Assembly (NCBI RefSeq): GCF_028641065.1
Contig: NW_026576392.1
Location: 62,001-107,651, forward strand
From: Leucoraja erinacea
Lineage: Eukaryota
Length of the DNA: 45,651 nucleotides
Reading direction: 5' to 3'
Part shown: positions 1 to 11,452 of the stretch, one piece after another
Numbering within the stretch: the first letter of the stretch is position 1
How the letters are laid out: each line of letters opens with the position of its first letter
Program-made: the position numbers and the translations under genes
The notes under the pieces: generated by a model
What the model was told of the DNA's origin: nothing
Seen by the model: the letters and a program-made list of their open reading frames with translations, nothing else
Databases searched by the model: none

Positions 1-90
1 TGACAGTCAAAAGTCCCGCCTTCCTTGTAATGATTCAAATAGTTTTGTCGCCAGGGTGAGAGGGGTCAGAGATGATGTGCCCGCTCGCTT
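1..90 (-). mobile_element. Partial, partly garbled type-B LINE fragment of the preceding unit
   Basis: ccagggtgagaggggtcagagatgat…cccgctcgctt matches type B; mixed with type-A words such as aaaagtccc. Confidence 0.55.
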
Positions 91-413
91 GCATGAAGTT
101 GCCCAATCATCTGCAACCGAAGACATTTCATAGCTTCATGACGTCACAGGAGGGGCAAGGTCTGAAGTATAATATCAATAAACAAAATTCAATAAATAAA
201 CAACAACATTCATGTACACGAAAGGCATGAAGTGCTTAGTGCAACCCAAGACAGTTCATTGCTCATCTTTTTACTTGTGTATGTTCAAACCTAATCGTGT
301 ACATATGAGAACAGCTGGTACATACTGGCGGTGGGACGGGTGCTGCATTCACGAGGACGCGCCGACGCTGAGAACGTTGTGCCACGGGGTGATACGTCAC
401 TGGGTGAGCTGGG

Positions 414-452
414 AGTTTTTGTACAGGCTCAGCCCAATTCTGCGCCTCCGTG
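414..452 (-). other. 23-RSS of V1
   Basis: CACGGAG-23nt-ACAAAAACT. Confidence 0.9.
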
Positions 453-1312
453 GGCCTCAGAGCGCAGTAATACATCGCCGAGTCTCGGAGCCGCGTTTGT
501 GACACCGTCAGCGGGACTGTTCCTGTCGAATCGTCGAGCTCCGCAGAGAAACGTTCCCCGGCATTGTTCTTTGGGGCGGCTTCGTATTTCGTTCTGAGCA
601 GCAGGAACTCAAGAGATCCACCAGGATACTGACGGTACCAGATTAATCCAGGGCTGCTGGTGCCTGTAGCTGTATAGCTGCAATTCAACTGGGCGTCATC
701 CCCTTCATTCACTGTTACCGCTGCCGGTGTCTGAGAAACGGCGTCGCCTCGACAATTCCCTGCAAGAGTCCAGGGATAAAAATAACACAACATCACCTAA
801 TTCAGCTCATATTTCAGAATACCCCTCATCCTGATACTGATATGAGGTACAATGACATCAAACATACCCCTCCTCTAAAAGCTAAATAAAGATGGGCGGA
901 AAGGCGCTAGGAAATGTCTAATTGATTCATCTTTAAAGATATTACAACCCGTTCCATCGGACTGGACGTCGTTATTGCTTCCGGGGAGGAAGGGGGAAAT
1001 CGTAGATCACTCGTGCGTGAACCACCGGTGTGTTCTAACTCTACGATGCTTCACCGTCGCGGCTGCTTTCCAACAATTAACCTGGAAACTCACCTCGAAT
1101 TTCCGAACATCAATTACTGTGAAACTGCATCTTTTTTCCTAATGTGCTCTGCGTTTACTGTCCTCATACGGACTCATTTTCTAAAGCCGTTGTGTTGCAT
1201 TCAAGGCATTTGGTTGATTAAATATGTTGCCCTACATTATTGGAAACGTGGTGAACTTACCGGTTAAGAGAGCTGCAGCTGTAAGAAGCCAATACATTGT
1301 CAAGGCCAGCAT
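453..1312 (-). CDS. TRAV: V1: TCR alpha/delta V segment, intact (leader 1261-1312, V exon 453-759)
   Basis: ATG leader, G|GTAAGT donor, TTGCAG|GG acceptor; V-set motifs Cys, WYRQ, YYCAL; CDR1 TATGTSSPG, CDR2 TKYEAAPK; 23-RSS follows. Confidence 0.88.
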
Positions 1313-1580
1313 GTTGTAATTGCATTGAGAGTGAATATGAACTGAAATGGTCTCACCCGGAAACAGGTTTAATCTGATATTGTGAAAGAGCTGTGGTCTA
1401 GGTTCTTCATTCATTGGCTTATTCTTGACAGCGTCACATCCCGTCGGCGCGGAGCTAATTTGTTCTCCAACTCCCCGAAGTTTCTTAATTCCGCCAATCA
1501 CATCACTGCTTTTGTTGCCCAATCATCTCACACCTCCTTCCTTTTCTGTTCCAGGGCGTCACAGGAGGGGCAAGGCCGGA
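1313..1580 (-). promoter_or_regulatory. V promoter region (representative copy; repeated upstream of every leader)
   Basis: CCAAT motifs at 1413-1417, 1494-1498, 1519-1523; AGTGATGTGA (1498-1507, minus) resembles the TCR V-promoter CRE decamer AGTGAYRTCA; distal CRE or CRE half-site near 1554-1561. Confidence 0.6.
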
Positions 1581-1595
1581 AGTACAATATATAAT

Positions 1596-1786
1596 TAGAT
1601 TAGATTAGATTAGATTCAACTTTATTGTCATTGCACATTTACAGTACAAAGAAATGGTTTAACCGAGCTGTCATAACATAGAATAAAATAACAAAACACA
1701 CACTCAACACAGTTTTAGCATCCACCACAGTGAGTCCACCAGGCACCTCCTCACTGTGATGGAAGGCAAAAGTCCCAAAGTCCTTG
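1596..1786 (-). mobile_element. ~190-bp retroelement 3' tail (type A)
   Basis: Minus strand ends AATAAAGTTG(AATCT)n; absent from type-B/C units; taat at both ends; internal hairpin. Confidence 0.6.
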
Positions 1787-2090
1787 TAATAAACAAAATT
1801 CAATAAATTAACAACCAAGTCCATGTGCATAAGATGCATGAAGTGCTTAATGCAACCGAAGACATTTCATAGTTCATCTTTTAGTGCGGTGTGGGGTTCA
1901 AGAACCTAATATTTGTTTGTTAGAAGCTATTCTTCAACCCAATTATCATGGTCGTTTTTTTTAATATTTAAAAATCGAGTATTAATGACAGCAAACACAC
2001 TGGCGTTGGAACGGGAGCAGCAATCAACGAGGACGCGCCGATGCTGAGAAAGTTGTGCTTACGTGGTGAGACGTCAGTGGGTGCACTGGT

Positions 2091-2129
2091 AGTTTTTGTA
2101 CAGGCTCAGCCCAATTCTGCGTCTCCGTG
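2091..2129 (-). other. 23-RSS of V2
   Basis: CACGGAG-23nt-ACAAAAACT. Confidence 0.9.
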
Positions 2130-2988
2130 GGGCTTAGAGCGCAGTAATACATCGCCGAGTCTCGGAGCCGCGTTTGTGACACCGTCAGCGGGACCGTTCC
2201 TGTCGAATGGTCGAGCTCCGCAGAGAAACGTTCCCCGGCATTGTTCTTCTCGCCGCCTTTGTATTTCGTTCTGAGCAGCAGAAACTCAAGGGATCCGCCG
2301 GGATACTGACGGTACCAGATTAGTCCAGGATTGCTTGTGCTTGTAGCTGTATAGTTGCAGTTCAATTTTGTATCCTCCCCTTCACTCACTGTAACCGCTG
2401 CCGGTGACTGAGAAACGGCGTCGCCTCGACAATTCCCTGCAAGAGACCGGGGATAAATAACACAACATCACCTAATTCAGCTCATACTTCAGAATACCCC
2501 TCATCCTGATACTGATATGAGGTACAATGACATCAAACATACCCCTCCTCTAAAAGCTAAATAAAGATGGGCGGAAAGTCGCTGGGAATTACCGAATAAA
2601 TTTATCTTTAAAGATAATCCAACCCGTTCCATCGGACTGGACGTAGTTATTGCTTCCGGGGGGGAAGAGGGGAATCGTAGATCACTCGTGCGTGAACCAC
2701 CGGTGTGCTCTAACTCTACGATGCTTCACCATCGCGGCTGCTTTCCATCAATTAACCTGGAAACTCACCTCAAATTTCCGAACATCAATTATTGTGAAAC
2801 TGCATCGTTTTCTCCGAATGTGCTCTGCGTTTACTGTCGTCATACGGACTCATTTTCTAAAGTCGTTGTGTTGCATTCAAGGTATTTGGTTGAATAAATA
2901 TCATGCCCTACATTATTGGAAACGTGGTGAACTTACCGATTAAGAGAGCTGCAGCTGTAAGAAGCCAATACATTGTCAAGGCCAGCAT
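2130..2988 (-). CDS. TRAV: V2: TCR alpha/delta V segment, intact (leader 2937-2988, V exon 2130-2436)
   Basis: Same exon structure; CDR1 TATSTSNPG, CDR2 TKYKGGEK. Confidence 0.88.
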
Positions 2989-3284
2989 GTTGTAATTGCA
3001 TTGAGAGTGAATATGAACTGAATTGGTCTCACCCGGAAACAGGTTTAATCTGGTATTGTGAAAGAGCTGTGGTCCAGGTTCTTCATTCATTGGCTTATTC
3101 TTGACAGGGTCACGTCCCGTCGGTGCGGAGCTAATTTGTTCTCCAACTCCCCGAATTCACTCAGTTTCTTAATTCCGCCAATCACATCACTGCTTTTGTT
3201 GCCCAATCATCTCACACCTCCTTTGTTTTCTGGTCCAATTACGTCACAGGAGGGGCAAGGCCAGAAGTACAATATATAATAAAT

Positions 3285-3470
3285 TAGATTAGATTAGATT
3301 CAACTTTATTGTCATTGCATATTTACAGTACAACGAAATGGTTTAACCGAACAGTCATAACATAGAATAAAATAACAAAACACACACTCAACACAGTTTT
3401 AACATCCACCACAGTTAGTCCACCAGACACCTCCTCACTGTGAAGGAAGGCAAAAGTCCCAAAGTCCTTG
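3285..3470 (-). mobile_element. Type-A retroelement tail
   Basis: Paralogue of 1596-1786. Confidence 0.6.
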
Positions 3471-3760
3471 TAATAAACAAAATTCAATAATTTAACACCC
3501 AGGTCCATGTGCAGAAGATGCATGAAGTGCTTAATGCAACCGAATACATTTGATGGTTCATCTCTTAGTGCTGTGTAGTGTTCAATAACCTAATATTTGT
3601 TTGTTAGAAGCTATTCATCAACCCAATTATCATGGGTTTTTTAACATTCAAAACTCGTGTATTAATGACAGCAAATACACTGGCTTTGGGACGGGTGCAG
3701 CAATCAACAAGGACGCGCCGATGCTGACAAACGCGCTGCAAACTGACGGGGATCTCTGAT

Positions 3761-3799
3761 AGTTTTTGTACAGGATCAGCCCAATTGTGCGCCACCGTG
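3761..3799 (-). other. 23-RSS of V3
   Basis: CACGGTG-23nt-ACAAAAACT. Confidence 0.92.
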
Positions 3800-4658
3800 G
3801 GGTTCAGAGCGCAGTAATACATCGCCGAGTCTCGGAGCCGCGTTTGTGACACCGTCAGCGGGACCGTTCCTTTCGAATGGTTGAGCTCAGCAGAAAAACG
3901 GTCCCCGGCATTGGTCTTCTCGCCGCCTTTGTATGTCGTTCTGAGCAGCAGAAACTCAAGGGATCCGCCGGGATACTGACGGTACCAGATTAGTCCAGAG
4001 CTGCTCGAGGTTTTGGCTGTATAGTTGCAGCTCAATTTTGTATCATCCCCTTCACTCACTGTAACCGCTGCCGGTGACTGAGAAACGTCGTCGCCTCGAC
4101 AATTCCCTGCAAGAGACCGGGGATAAATAACACAACATCACCTAATTCAGCTCATACTTCAGAATATCCCTCATCCTGATACTGATATGAGGTACAATGA
4201 CATCAAACATACCCCTCCGTTAAAAGCTAAACGAAGATGGGCGGAAAGGCGCTGGGAATTACCGAGTAAATTCATCTTTAAAGGTAATCCAACCTGTTTC
4301 ATCGGACTGGACGTCGTTATTGCTTCCGGGGAGGAAGGGGGAAATCGTGGATCACTCGTACGGGGACCACCGGTGTGTTCTAACTATATGATGCTTCACC
4401 ATCGTGGCTGCTTTCCAACAATTAACCTGGAAACTCACCTCGAATTTCCGAACATCAATTACTGTGAAACTGCATCTTTTTTTCCAAATGTGCTCTGCGT
4501 TTATTGTCGTCATACGGACTCCATTTCTAAAGTTGTTGTGTTGCATTCAAGGTATTTGGTTGATTAAACATCATGCCCTACATTATTGGAAACGTGGTGA
4601 ACTTACCGGTTAAGAGAGCTGCAGCTGTAAGAAGCCAATACATTGTCAAGGCCAGCAT
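3800..4658 (-). CDS. TRAV: V3: TCR alpha/delta V segment, intact (leader 4607-4658, V exon 3800-4106)
   Basis: CDR1 TAKTSSSSG, CDR2 TTYKGGEK; splice sites intact. Confidence 0.88.
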
Positions 4659-4869
4659 GTTGTAATTGCATTGAGAGTGAATATGAACTGAAATGTTCTC
4701 ACCCGGAAACAGGTTTAATCTGATATTGTGAAAGGGGTGTGGTCTAGGTTCTTCATTCAGTGGCTTATTCTTGACAGCGTCACATCCCGTCGGCGCGGAG
4801 CTGATTTGTTCTCAAACTCCCTGAATTCACACAGTTTCTTAATTCAGCCAATCACATCATTGCTTTTGT

Positions 4870-5231
4870 AAGTAAGTTTATTCGTCAAGTATTCACATAC
4901 AAAGAATATGCCTTGGAGCTCCTCCCACAAGTAACAACATAACATACAGTGACAGTTACGAATGACGCAGAAAACACTAAACATTGATAATAATAAAACA
5001 TTCATGATAAAACACCATTGATCAAGCATGTGAAACAACAAAATACCAGATCAAAGGGAGGCTACAGATGTTTGGCTGTTGAGTAGAGTAACTACTCGTG
5101 AATAAAAACTGTTTTTATGTCTGGCTGTGGCAGCTTTGACAGTCCGGAGTCGCCTTCCTGAGGGAAGTGATTCAAATAGTTTGTCGCCAGGGTGAGAGGG
5201 GTCAGAGATGATCTTGCCCGCTCGCTTCCTC
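4870..5231 (-). mobile_element. 5'-truncated Rex1/Babar-like LINE 3' end (type B) in V3 promoter
   Basis: ORF end IISDPSHPGDKLFESLPSGRRLRTVKAATARHKNSF typical of this LINE class; AATAAA-like signal plus (CTTA)n tail; ttgt duplicated at both ends. Confidence 0.75.
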
Positions 5232-5552
5232 TTGTTGCCCAATCATCTCAAACCTCCTTTGTTTTCTGCTCCTTGACGTCACAGGAGGGGCAAGGTCTGA
5301 AGTATAATATATAATAAACAAAATTCAATAAATAAACAGCAACATTCATGTACACGAAAGGCATGAAGTGCTTAGTGCAACGAGAGGACAGTTCATTGCT
5401 CATCTGTTTCTGCTGTGTAATGTTCAGGAACCTAATGTTTAAATATGAGAAGCTGCTGGTATATACAGGCGGTGGAACGGATGCAGCATTCAGCGAGGAA
5501 GGGCTGACGCTGACACAGTTCCACGCGTTGATACGTGACTGGGTGCGCTTCG

Positions 5553-5591
5553 AGTTTTTGTACAGGCTCAGCCCAATTCTGCACCTCCGTG
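5553..5591 (-). other. 23-RSS of V4
   Basis: CACGGAG-23nt-ACAAAAACT. Confidence 0.9.
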
Positions 5592-6454
5592 GGGCTCAGA
5601 GCGCAGTAATACATCGCCGAGTCTTGGAGCCGCGTTTGTGACACCGTCAGCGGGACCGTTCCTGTCAAATGGTCGAGCTCCGCAGAGAAGCGTTCACCGG
5701 CATTGTTCTTCGGGGCGGCTTCGTATTTCATTCTGAGCAGCAGAAACTCAAGGGATCCGCCGCGATACTGACGGTACCAGATTAGTCCAGGATTGCTTGT
5801 GCTTGTAGCTGTATAGTTGCAGTTCAATTTTGTATCATTCCCTTCACTCACTGTAACCGCTGCCGGTGTCTGAGAAACGGCGTCGCCTCGACAATTCCCT
5901 GCAAGAGACCGGGGATAAATAACACAACATCACCTAATTCAGCTCATACTTCAGAATGCCCTTCATCCTGATACTGATATGAGATACAATGACATCAAAC
6001 ATACCCCGCCTCTAAAAGCTAAATAACGATGGGCGGAAAATCGCTGGGAATTACCGAATAAATTGATCTTTAAAGATAATCCAACCCGTTCCATCGGCCT
6101 GGACGCCGTTATTGCTTCGGGGGGGTGGGAGGAGAGGGGAATCGTAGATCACTCGTGCGTGAACCACCGGTGTGTACTAACTCTACGATGCCTCACCATC
6201 GCGGCTGCTTTCCAACAATTAAACTGGAAACTCACCTCGAATTTCCGTACATCAATTACTGTGAAACTGTATCTTTTTTCCGAATGTGCTCTCCGTTTAC
6301 TGGCTTCATACGGACTCCCTTTCTAAAGTTGTTGTGTTGCATTCAAGGTATTTGGTTGATTAAATGTTATGCCCTCCAGTATTGGAAACGTGGAGAACTT
6401 ACCGGTTAAGAGAGCTGCAGCTGTAAGAAGCCAATACATTGTCAAGGCCAGCAT
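5592..6454 (-). CDS. TRAV: V4: TCR alpha/delta V segment, intact (leader 6403-6454, V exon 5592-5898)
   Basis: CDR1 TATSTSNPG, CDR2 MKYEAAPK; splice sites intact. Confidence 0.88.
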
Positions 6455-6665
6455 GTTGTAATTGCATTGAGAGTGAATATGAACTGAAATGGTCTCACCC
6501 GGAAACAGGTTTAATCTGATATTGTGAAAGGGGTGTGGTCTGGGCTCTTCATTCATTGGCTTATTCTTGACAACGTCACATCCCGTCGGCGCAGAGCTAA
6601 TTTGTTCTCCAACTCCCCGAATTCACTCAGTTTCTTAATTCCGCCAATCACATCACTGCTTTTGT

Positions 6666-7034
6666 AAGTAAGTAATAAGTTTATTGGCCAAGTATTCGCA
6701 TCCATGGAATATGCCTTGGAGCTCAGCCCACAAGTAACAACATAACATACAGTGACAGTTACGAATGACGCAGAAAACACTAAACATTGATAATAATAAA
6801 ACATTCATAATAAAACACCATTGATCAAGCATGTGAACCAACAAAACACCAGATGAAAGGGAGGCTACAGATGTTTGGCTGTTGAGTAGAGTAACTACTC
6901 GTGGATAAAAACTGTTTTTATGTCTTGCTGTGACAGCTTTGAGAGTCCGGAGTCGCCTTCCTGAGGGAAGTCATTCAAATAGTTTGTAGCCAGGGTGAGA
7001 GTGGTCAGAGGTGATATTGCCCGCTCGCTTCCTG
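6666..7034 (-). mobile_element. Type-B Rex1/Babar-like LINE fragment in V4 promoter
   Basis: Same sequence and insertion point as 4870-5231. Confidence 0.75.
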
Positions 7035-7358
7035 TTGTTGCCCAATCATCTCAAACCGCCTTTGTTTTCTGCTCCATGACGTCACAGGAGGGGCAAGGTC
7101 TGAAGTATAATATACAATAAACAAAATTCAATAAATAAACAACAACATTCATGTACACGAAAGGCATGAAGTGCTTCGTGCAACCGAAGACAGTTCATTG
7201 CTCATCTGTTACTGCTGTGTATTGTTCAGGGACCTAATGTTTAAATATGAGAAGCTGCTGGTACATACAGGCGGTGGGACGGATGCTGCATTCAGCGAGG
7301 AAGGGCCGACCCTGACACATTTCTGCTTACGCGCTTATACGTGAGTGGGTGCGCTTGG

Positions 7359-7397
7359 AGTTTTTGTACGGGCTCAGCCCAATTCTGCGCCTCCGTG
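7359..7397 (-). other. 23-RSS of V5
   Basis: CACGGAG-23nt-ACAAAAACT. Confidence 0.9.
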
Positions 7398-8256
7398 GGG
7401 CTCAGAGCGCAGTAATACATCGCCGAGTCTCGGAGCCGCGTTTGTGACACCGTCAGCGGGAACGTTCCTGTCAAATGGTCGAGCTCCGCAGAGAAGCGTT
7501 CACCGGCATTGTTCTTCGGGGCGACTTCGTATTTCGTTCTGAGCAGCAGAAACTCAAGAGGGCCGCCGGGATACTGACGGTACCAGATAAGACCAGGATT
7601 GTTCAAGCTTGCAGCTGTATAGTTGCAGCTCAATTTTGTATCCTCCCCTTCACTCACTGTAAACGCTGCCGGTGTCTGGGAAACGGCGTCGCCTTGACAA
7701 TTCCCTGCAAGAGACCGGGGATAAATAACACAACATCACCTAATTCAGCTCATACTTCAAAATACCCCTCATCCTGATACTGATATGAGGTACAATGACA
7801 TCAAACATACCGCTCCTCTAAAAGCTAAATTAAGATGGGCAGAAAGGCGCTGGGAATTAGCGAATAAATTGATCTTTAAAGATAATCCAACCCGTTTCAT
7901 CGGACTGGACGTCGTCATTGGTTCCGGGGAGGAAGGGTGAAATCGTAGATCACTCGTACGGGGACCACCAGCGTGCTCTAACTCTACGATGCTTCTCCGT
8001 CGGCGCTGCTTTCCAACAATTGACCTGGAAACTCACCTCAAATTTCCGAACATCAATTACTGAGAAACTGCATCTTTTTTTCCTAATGTGCTCTGCGTTT
8101 ACTATCACTACACGAACTCCCTTTCTAAAGTAATTGTGTTGCATTCAAGGCACTTGGTTGATTAAATATCGTGCCCTACATTATTGGAAACGTGGTGAAC
8201 TTACCGGTTAAGAGAGCTGCAGCTGTAAGAAGCCAATACATTGTCAAGGCCAGCAT
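7398..8256 (-). CDS. TRAV: V5: TCR alpha/delta V segment, intact (leader 8205-8256, V exon 7398-7704)
   Basis: CDR1 TAASLNNPG, CDR2 TKYEVAPK; splice sites intact. Confidence 0.88.
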
Positions 8257-8503
8257 GTTGTAATTGCATTGAGAGTGAATATGAACTGAAATGGTCTCAC
8301 CCGGAAACAGGTTTAATCTGATATTGTGAAAGGGGTGTGGTCGATGTTCTTCATTCATTGGCTTATTCTTGAAAGCGTCACATCCCGTCGGCGCGGAGCT
8401 AATTTGTTCTCCAACTTCCCGAATTAACTGTTTCTTAATTCCGCCAATCACATCACTGCTTTTGTAGCCCAATCATCTCAAACCTCCTTTGTTTTCTGTT
8501 CCA

Positions 8504-8511
8504 TGACGTCA
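8504..8511. promoter_or_regulatory. Perfect CRE palindrome TGACGTCA in V5 promoter (also at 139, 5274, 7077, 9475, 15533, 28151, 40590)
   Basis: Exact TGACGTCA at the homologous promoter position. Confidence 0.6.
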
Positions 8512-8545
8512 CAGGAGGGGCAAGGCCGGAAGTACAATATATCAT

Positions 8546-8736
8546 TAGATTAGATTAGTTTAGATTCAACTTTATTGTCACTGCACATTTACAGTACAAC
8601 GAAATGGTTTAACCGAGCTGTCATAACATAGAATAAAATAACAAAACACACACTCAACACAGTTTTAACATTCACCACAGTGAGTCCAACAGACACCTCC
8701 TCACGGCGATGGAAGGCAAAAGTCCCAAAGTCCTTG
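8546..8736 (-). mobile_element. Type-A retroelement tail
   Basis: Paralogue of 1596-1786. Confidence 0.6.
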
Positions 8737-9037
8737 TAATAAACAAAATTCAATAAATTAACAACTAGGTCCATGTGCATAAGATGCATGAAGTGCTTAA
8801 TGCAAGCGAATACATTTCCTAATTCATCTTTTAGTGCGGTATCGGGCTCAAAAACCTAATATTTGTTTGTTAGAAGATATTCTTCAAGCCAACTGTCATG
8901 GGGTTTTTTTAATATTTAAAAATCGAGTATTAATTACAGCAAACACACTGGCGTCGGGACGGGTGCAGCAATCTACGAGGACGCGCCGAACTGAGAAAGT
9001 TGTGCTTACGGGGTGATACGTCAGTGGGTGCTCTGGT

Positions 9038-9232
9038 AGTTTTTCTACAGGCTTTTTCCTAATGTGCTCTGCGTTTACTGTCCTCATACGTACTCCCTTT
9101 CTAAAGTCGTTGTGTTGCATTCAAGGAATTTGGTTGATTAAATATCATGCCCTACAGTATTGGAAACGTGCTGAATTTACCGATTAAGAGAGCTGCAGCT
9201 GTAAGAAGCCAATACATTAGCAAGGCCAGCAT
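9038..9232 (-). pseudogene. V relic: orphan leader (9181-9232) joined to a mutated nonamer; V exon and heptamer deleted
   Basis: Plus-strand agtttttct-acaggct (nonamer plus start of spacer) runs directly into intron sequence ttttcctaatgtgctc at ~9052. Confidence 0.88.
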
Positions 9233-9740
9233 GTTGTAATTGCATTAAGAGTGAATATGAACTGAAATGGTCTCACCCGGAAACAGGTTTAATCTGATAT
9301 TGTGAAAGGGGTGTGGTCGATGTTCTTCATTCATTGGCTTATTCTTGACAGCGTCACGTCCCGTCGGCGCGGAGATAATTTGTTCTCCAACTCCACTCAG
9401 TTTCGTATATTCTGCCAATCACATCACAACTTTTGTTGCCCAATCATCTCAAACCTTCTTTGTTTTCTGTTCCATGACGTCACAGGAGAGACGCCTTTAT
9501 TGTCATTGCACATTTACAGTACAACGAATGGTTTAACCGAGCTGTCATAACATAGATTAAAATAACAAAACACACACTCAACACAGTTAGCTATTCTGCA
9601 ACCCAATTATAATGTTTTTTTTAATATTTAAAAATCGTGTATTAATGACAGCAAACACACTGGCGTTGTGACGGGTGCAGCAATCATCAAGGGCGCGCCG
9701 ATGCTGACAAACGCGCTGCAAACTGACGGGGATCTCTGAT

Positions 9741-9779
9741 AGTTTTTGTACAGGATCAGCCCAATTGTGCGCCACCGTG
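9741..9779 (-). other. 23-RSS of V6
   Basis: CACGGTG-23nt-ACAAAAACT. Confidence 0.92.
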
Positions 9780-10638
9780 GGGTTCAGAGCGCAGTAATAC
9801 GTCGCCGAGTCTCGGAGCCGCGTTTGTGACAGCGTCAGCGGGACCGTTCCTGTCGAATGGTTGAGCTCAGCAGAGAAACGGTCCCCGGCATTGTTCTTCG
9901 GAGCGGCTTCGTATTTCATTCTGAGCAGCAGAAACTCAAGGGATCCGCCGGGATACTGACGGTACCACATTAGTCCAGGATTGGTCGAGCTTGTAGCTGT
10001 ATAGTTGCAGCTCAATTTTGTATCATCCCCTTCACTCACTGTAACCGCTGCCGGTGACTGAGAAACGGCGTCGCCTCGACAATTCCCTGCAAGAGTCCGG
10101 GGATAAATAACACAACATCACCTAATTCAGCTCAAACGTCAGAATACCCCTCATCCTGATACTGATATGAGGTACAATGACATCAAACATACCCCTCCCC
10201 TAAAAGCTAAATAAAGATGGGCGGGAAGGCGCTGGGAATTACCAAATAAATTTATCTTTAAAGATAATCCAACCCGTTTCATCGCACTGGACGTCGTTAT
10301 TGCTTCCTGGGTGTAAGAAGGGAATCGTAGATCTCTCGTGCGTGAACCACCGGTGTGTTCTAACTCGAAGATGCTTCTCCGTCGGCGCTGCTTTCCAACA
10401 ATTAACGTGGAAAGGCACCGCGAATTTCCGAACATCAATTACTGTGGAAACTGCATATTTTTCCCCAATGTGCTCTGCGTTTACTGTCCTCATACGGACT
10501 CCCTTTCTAAAGTCGTTGAGTTGCATTCAAGGTATTTGGTTGATTAAATATCATGCCCTCCAGTATTGGAATCGTGGAGAACTTACCGGTTAAGAGAGCT
10601 GCAGCTGTAAGAAGCCAATACATTGTCAAGACCAGCAT
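9780..10638 (-). CDS. TRAV: V6: TCR alpha/delta V segment, intact (leader 10587-10638, V exon 9780-10086)
   Basis: CDR1 TATSSTNPG, CDR2 MKYEAAPK; leader MLVLTM. Confidence 0.88.
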
Positions 10639-10932
10639 GTTGTAATTGCATTGAGAGTGAATATGAACTGAAATGGTCTCACCCGGAAACAGGTTTAATC
10701 TGATATTGTGAAAGGGGTGTGGTCGATGTTCTTCATTCATTGGCTTATTCCTGACAGCGTCACATCCCGTCGGCGCGGAGCTAATTTGTTCTCCAACTCC
10801 CCGAATTCACTCAGTTTCTTAATTCCGCCGCCAATCACATCACTGCTTTTGTTGCCCAATCATCTCACACCTCCTTTGTTTTCTGTTCCAGGGCGTCACA
10901 GGAGGAGCAAGGCCGGAAGTACAATATATAAT

Positions 10933-11123
10933 TAGATTAGATTAGATTACATTCAACTTTATTGTCATTGCACATTTACAGTACAAAGAAATGGTTTAAC
11001 CGAGCTGGCGTAACATAGAATAAAATAACAAAACACACACTCAACACAGTTTTAACATCCACCACAGCTAGTCTAACAGGCACCTGCTCACTGTGATGGA
11101 AGGCAAAAGTCCCAAAGTCCTTG
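10933..11123 (-). mobile_element. Type-A retroelement tail
   Basis: Paralogue of 1596-1786. Confidence 0.6.
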
Positions 11124-11413
11124 TAATGAACAAAATGCAATAAATTAACAACCAGGTCCATGTGCATAAGATGCATGAAGTGCTTAATGCAACCGAAGAC
11201 ATTTCATGGTTCATCTTTTAGTGCTGTGTAGTGTTCAAAAGCCTAATATTTTTTGTTGGAAGCTATTCGTCAACCCAATTATCATGGGAGGTTTTCATAT
11301 TTAAAAATCGTGTATTAATGACAGCAAACACACTGGCGTTGGGACGGGTGCAGCAATCATCAAGGGCGCGCCGATGCTGACAAATGCGCGGAAAACTGAC
11401 GGGGATCTCTGAT

Positions 11414-11452
11414 AGTTTTTGTACAGACTCAGCCCAATTCTGCGCCACCGTG
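11414..11452 (-). other. 23-RSS of V7
   Basis: CACGGTG-23nt-ACAAAAACT. Confidence 0.92.

Noticed and set aside
263-452. V reading frame continuing through the RSS (PTEAQNWAEPVQK…) as a possible secreted single-domain protein
   Set aside because: This is the translated heptamer-spacer-nonamer. Tail length and sequence vary among copies, and no J, C or transmembrane region follows.
1013-1267. Recurrent plus-strand ORFs (MREPPVCSNSTML…, …HYWKRGELTG) in each unit
   Set aside because: Antisense to the intron; frames and stops vary freely between copies, so there is no coding constraint.
1232-1522. Longer ORF MNEEPRP…CNYN-MLALTM extending the leader upstream
   Set aside because: The upstream start overlaps promoter CCAAT motifs and is lost in some copies (e.g. 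V3). The hydrophobic signal peptide and splice donor fit the MLAL start.
1726-1758. Possible D segment between two heptamers
   Set aside because: The heptamers face the wrong way (CACAGTG…CACTGTG) and lack nonamers at 12 or 23 nt.
1639-1839. Repeated 66-aa hydrophobic ORF MHLMHMDLVV…
   Set aside because: It spans the type-A retroelement tail, is absent from type-B/C units and is broken in several copies.
9038-9060. Germline RAG-mediated joint as the cause of V loss
   Set aside because: The breakpoint is inside the spacer next to the nonamer, not at the heptamer edge.
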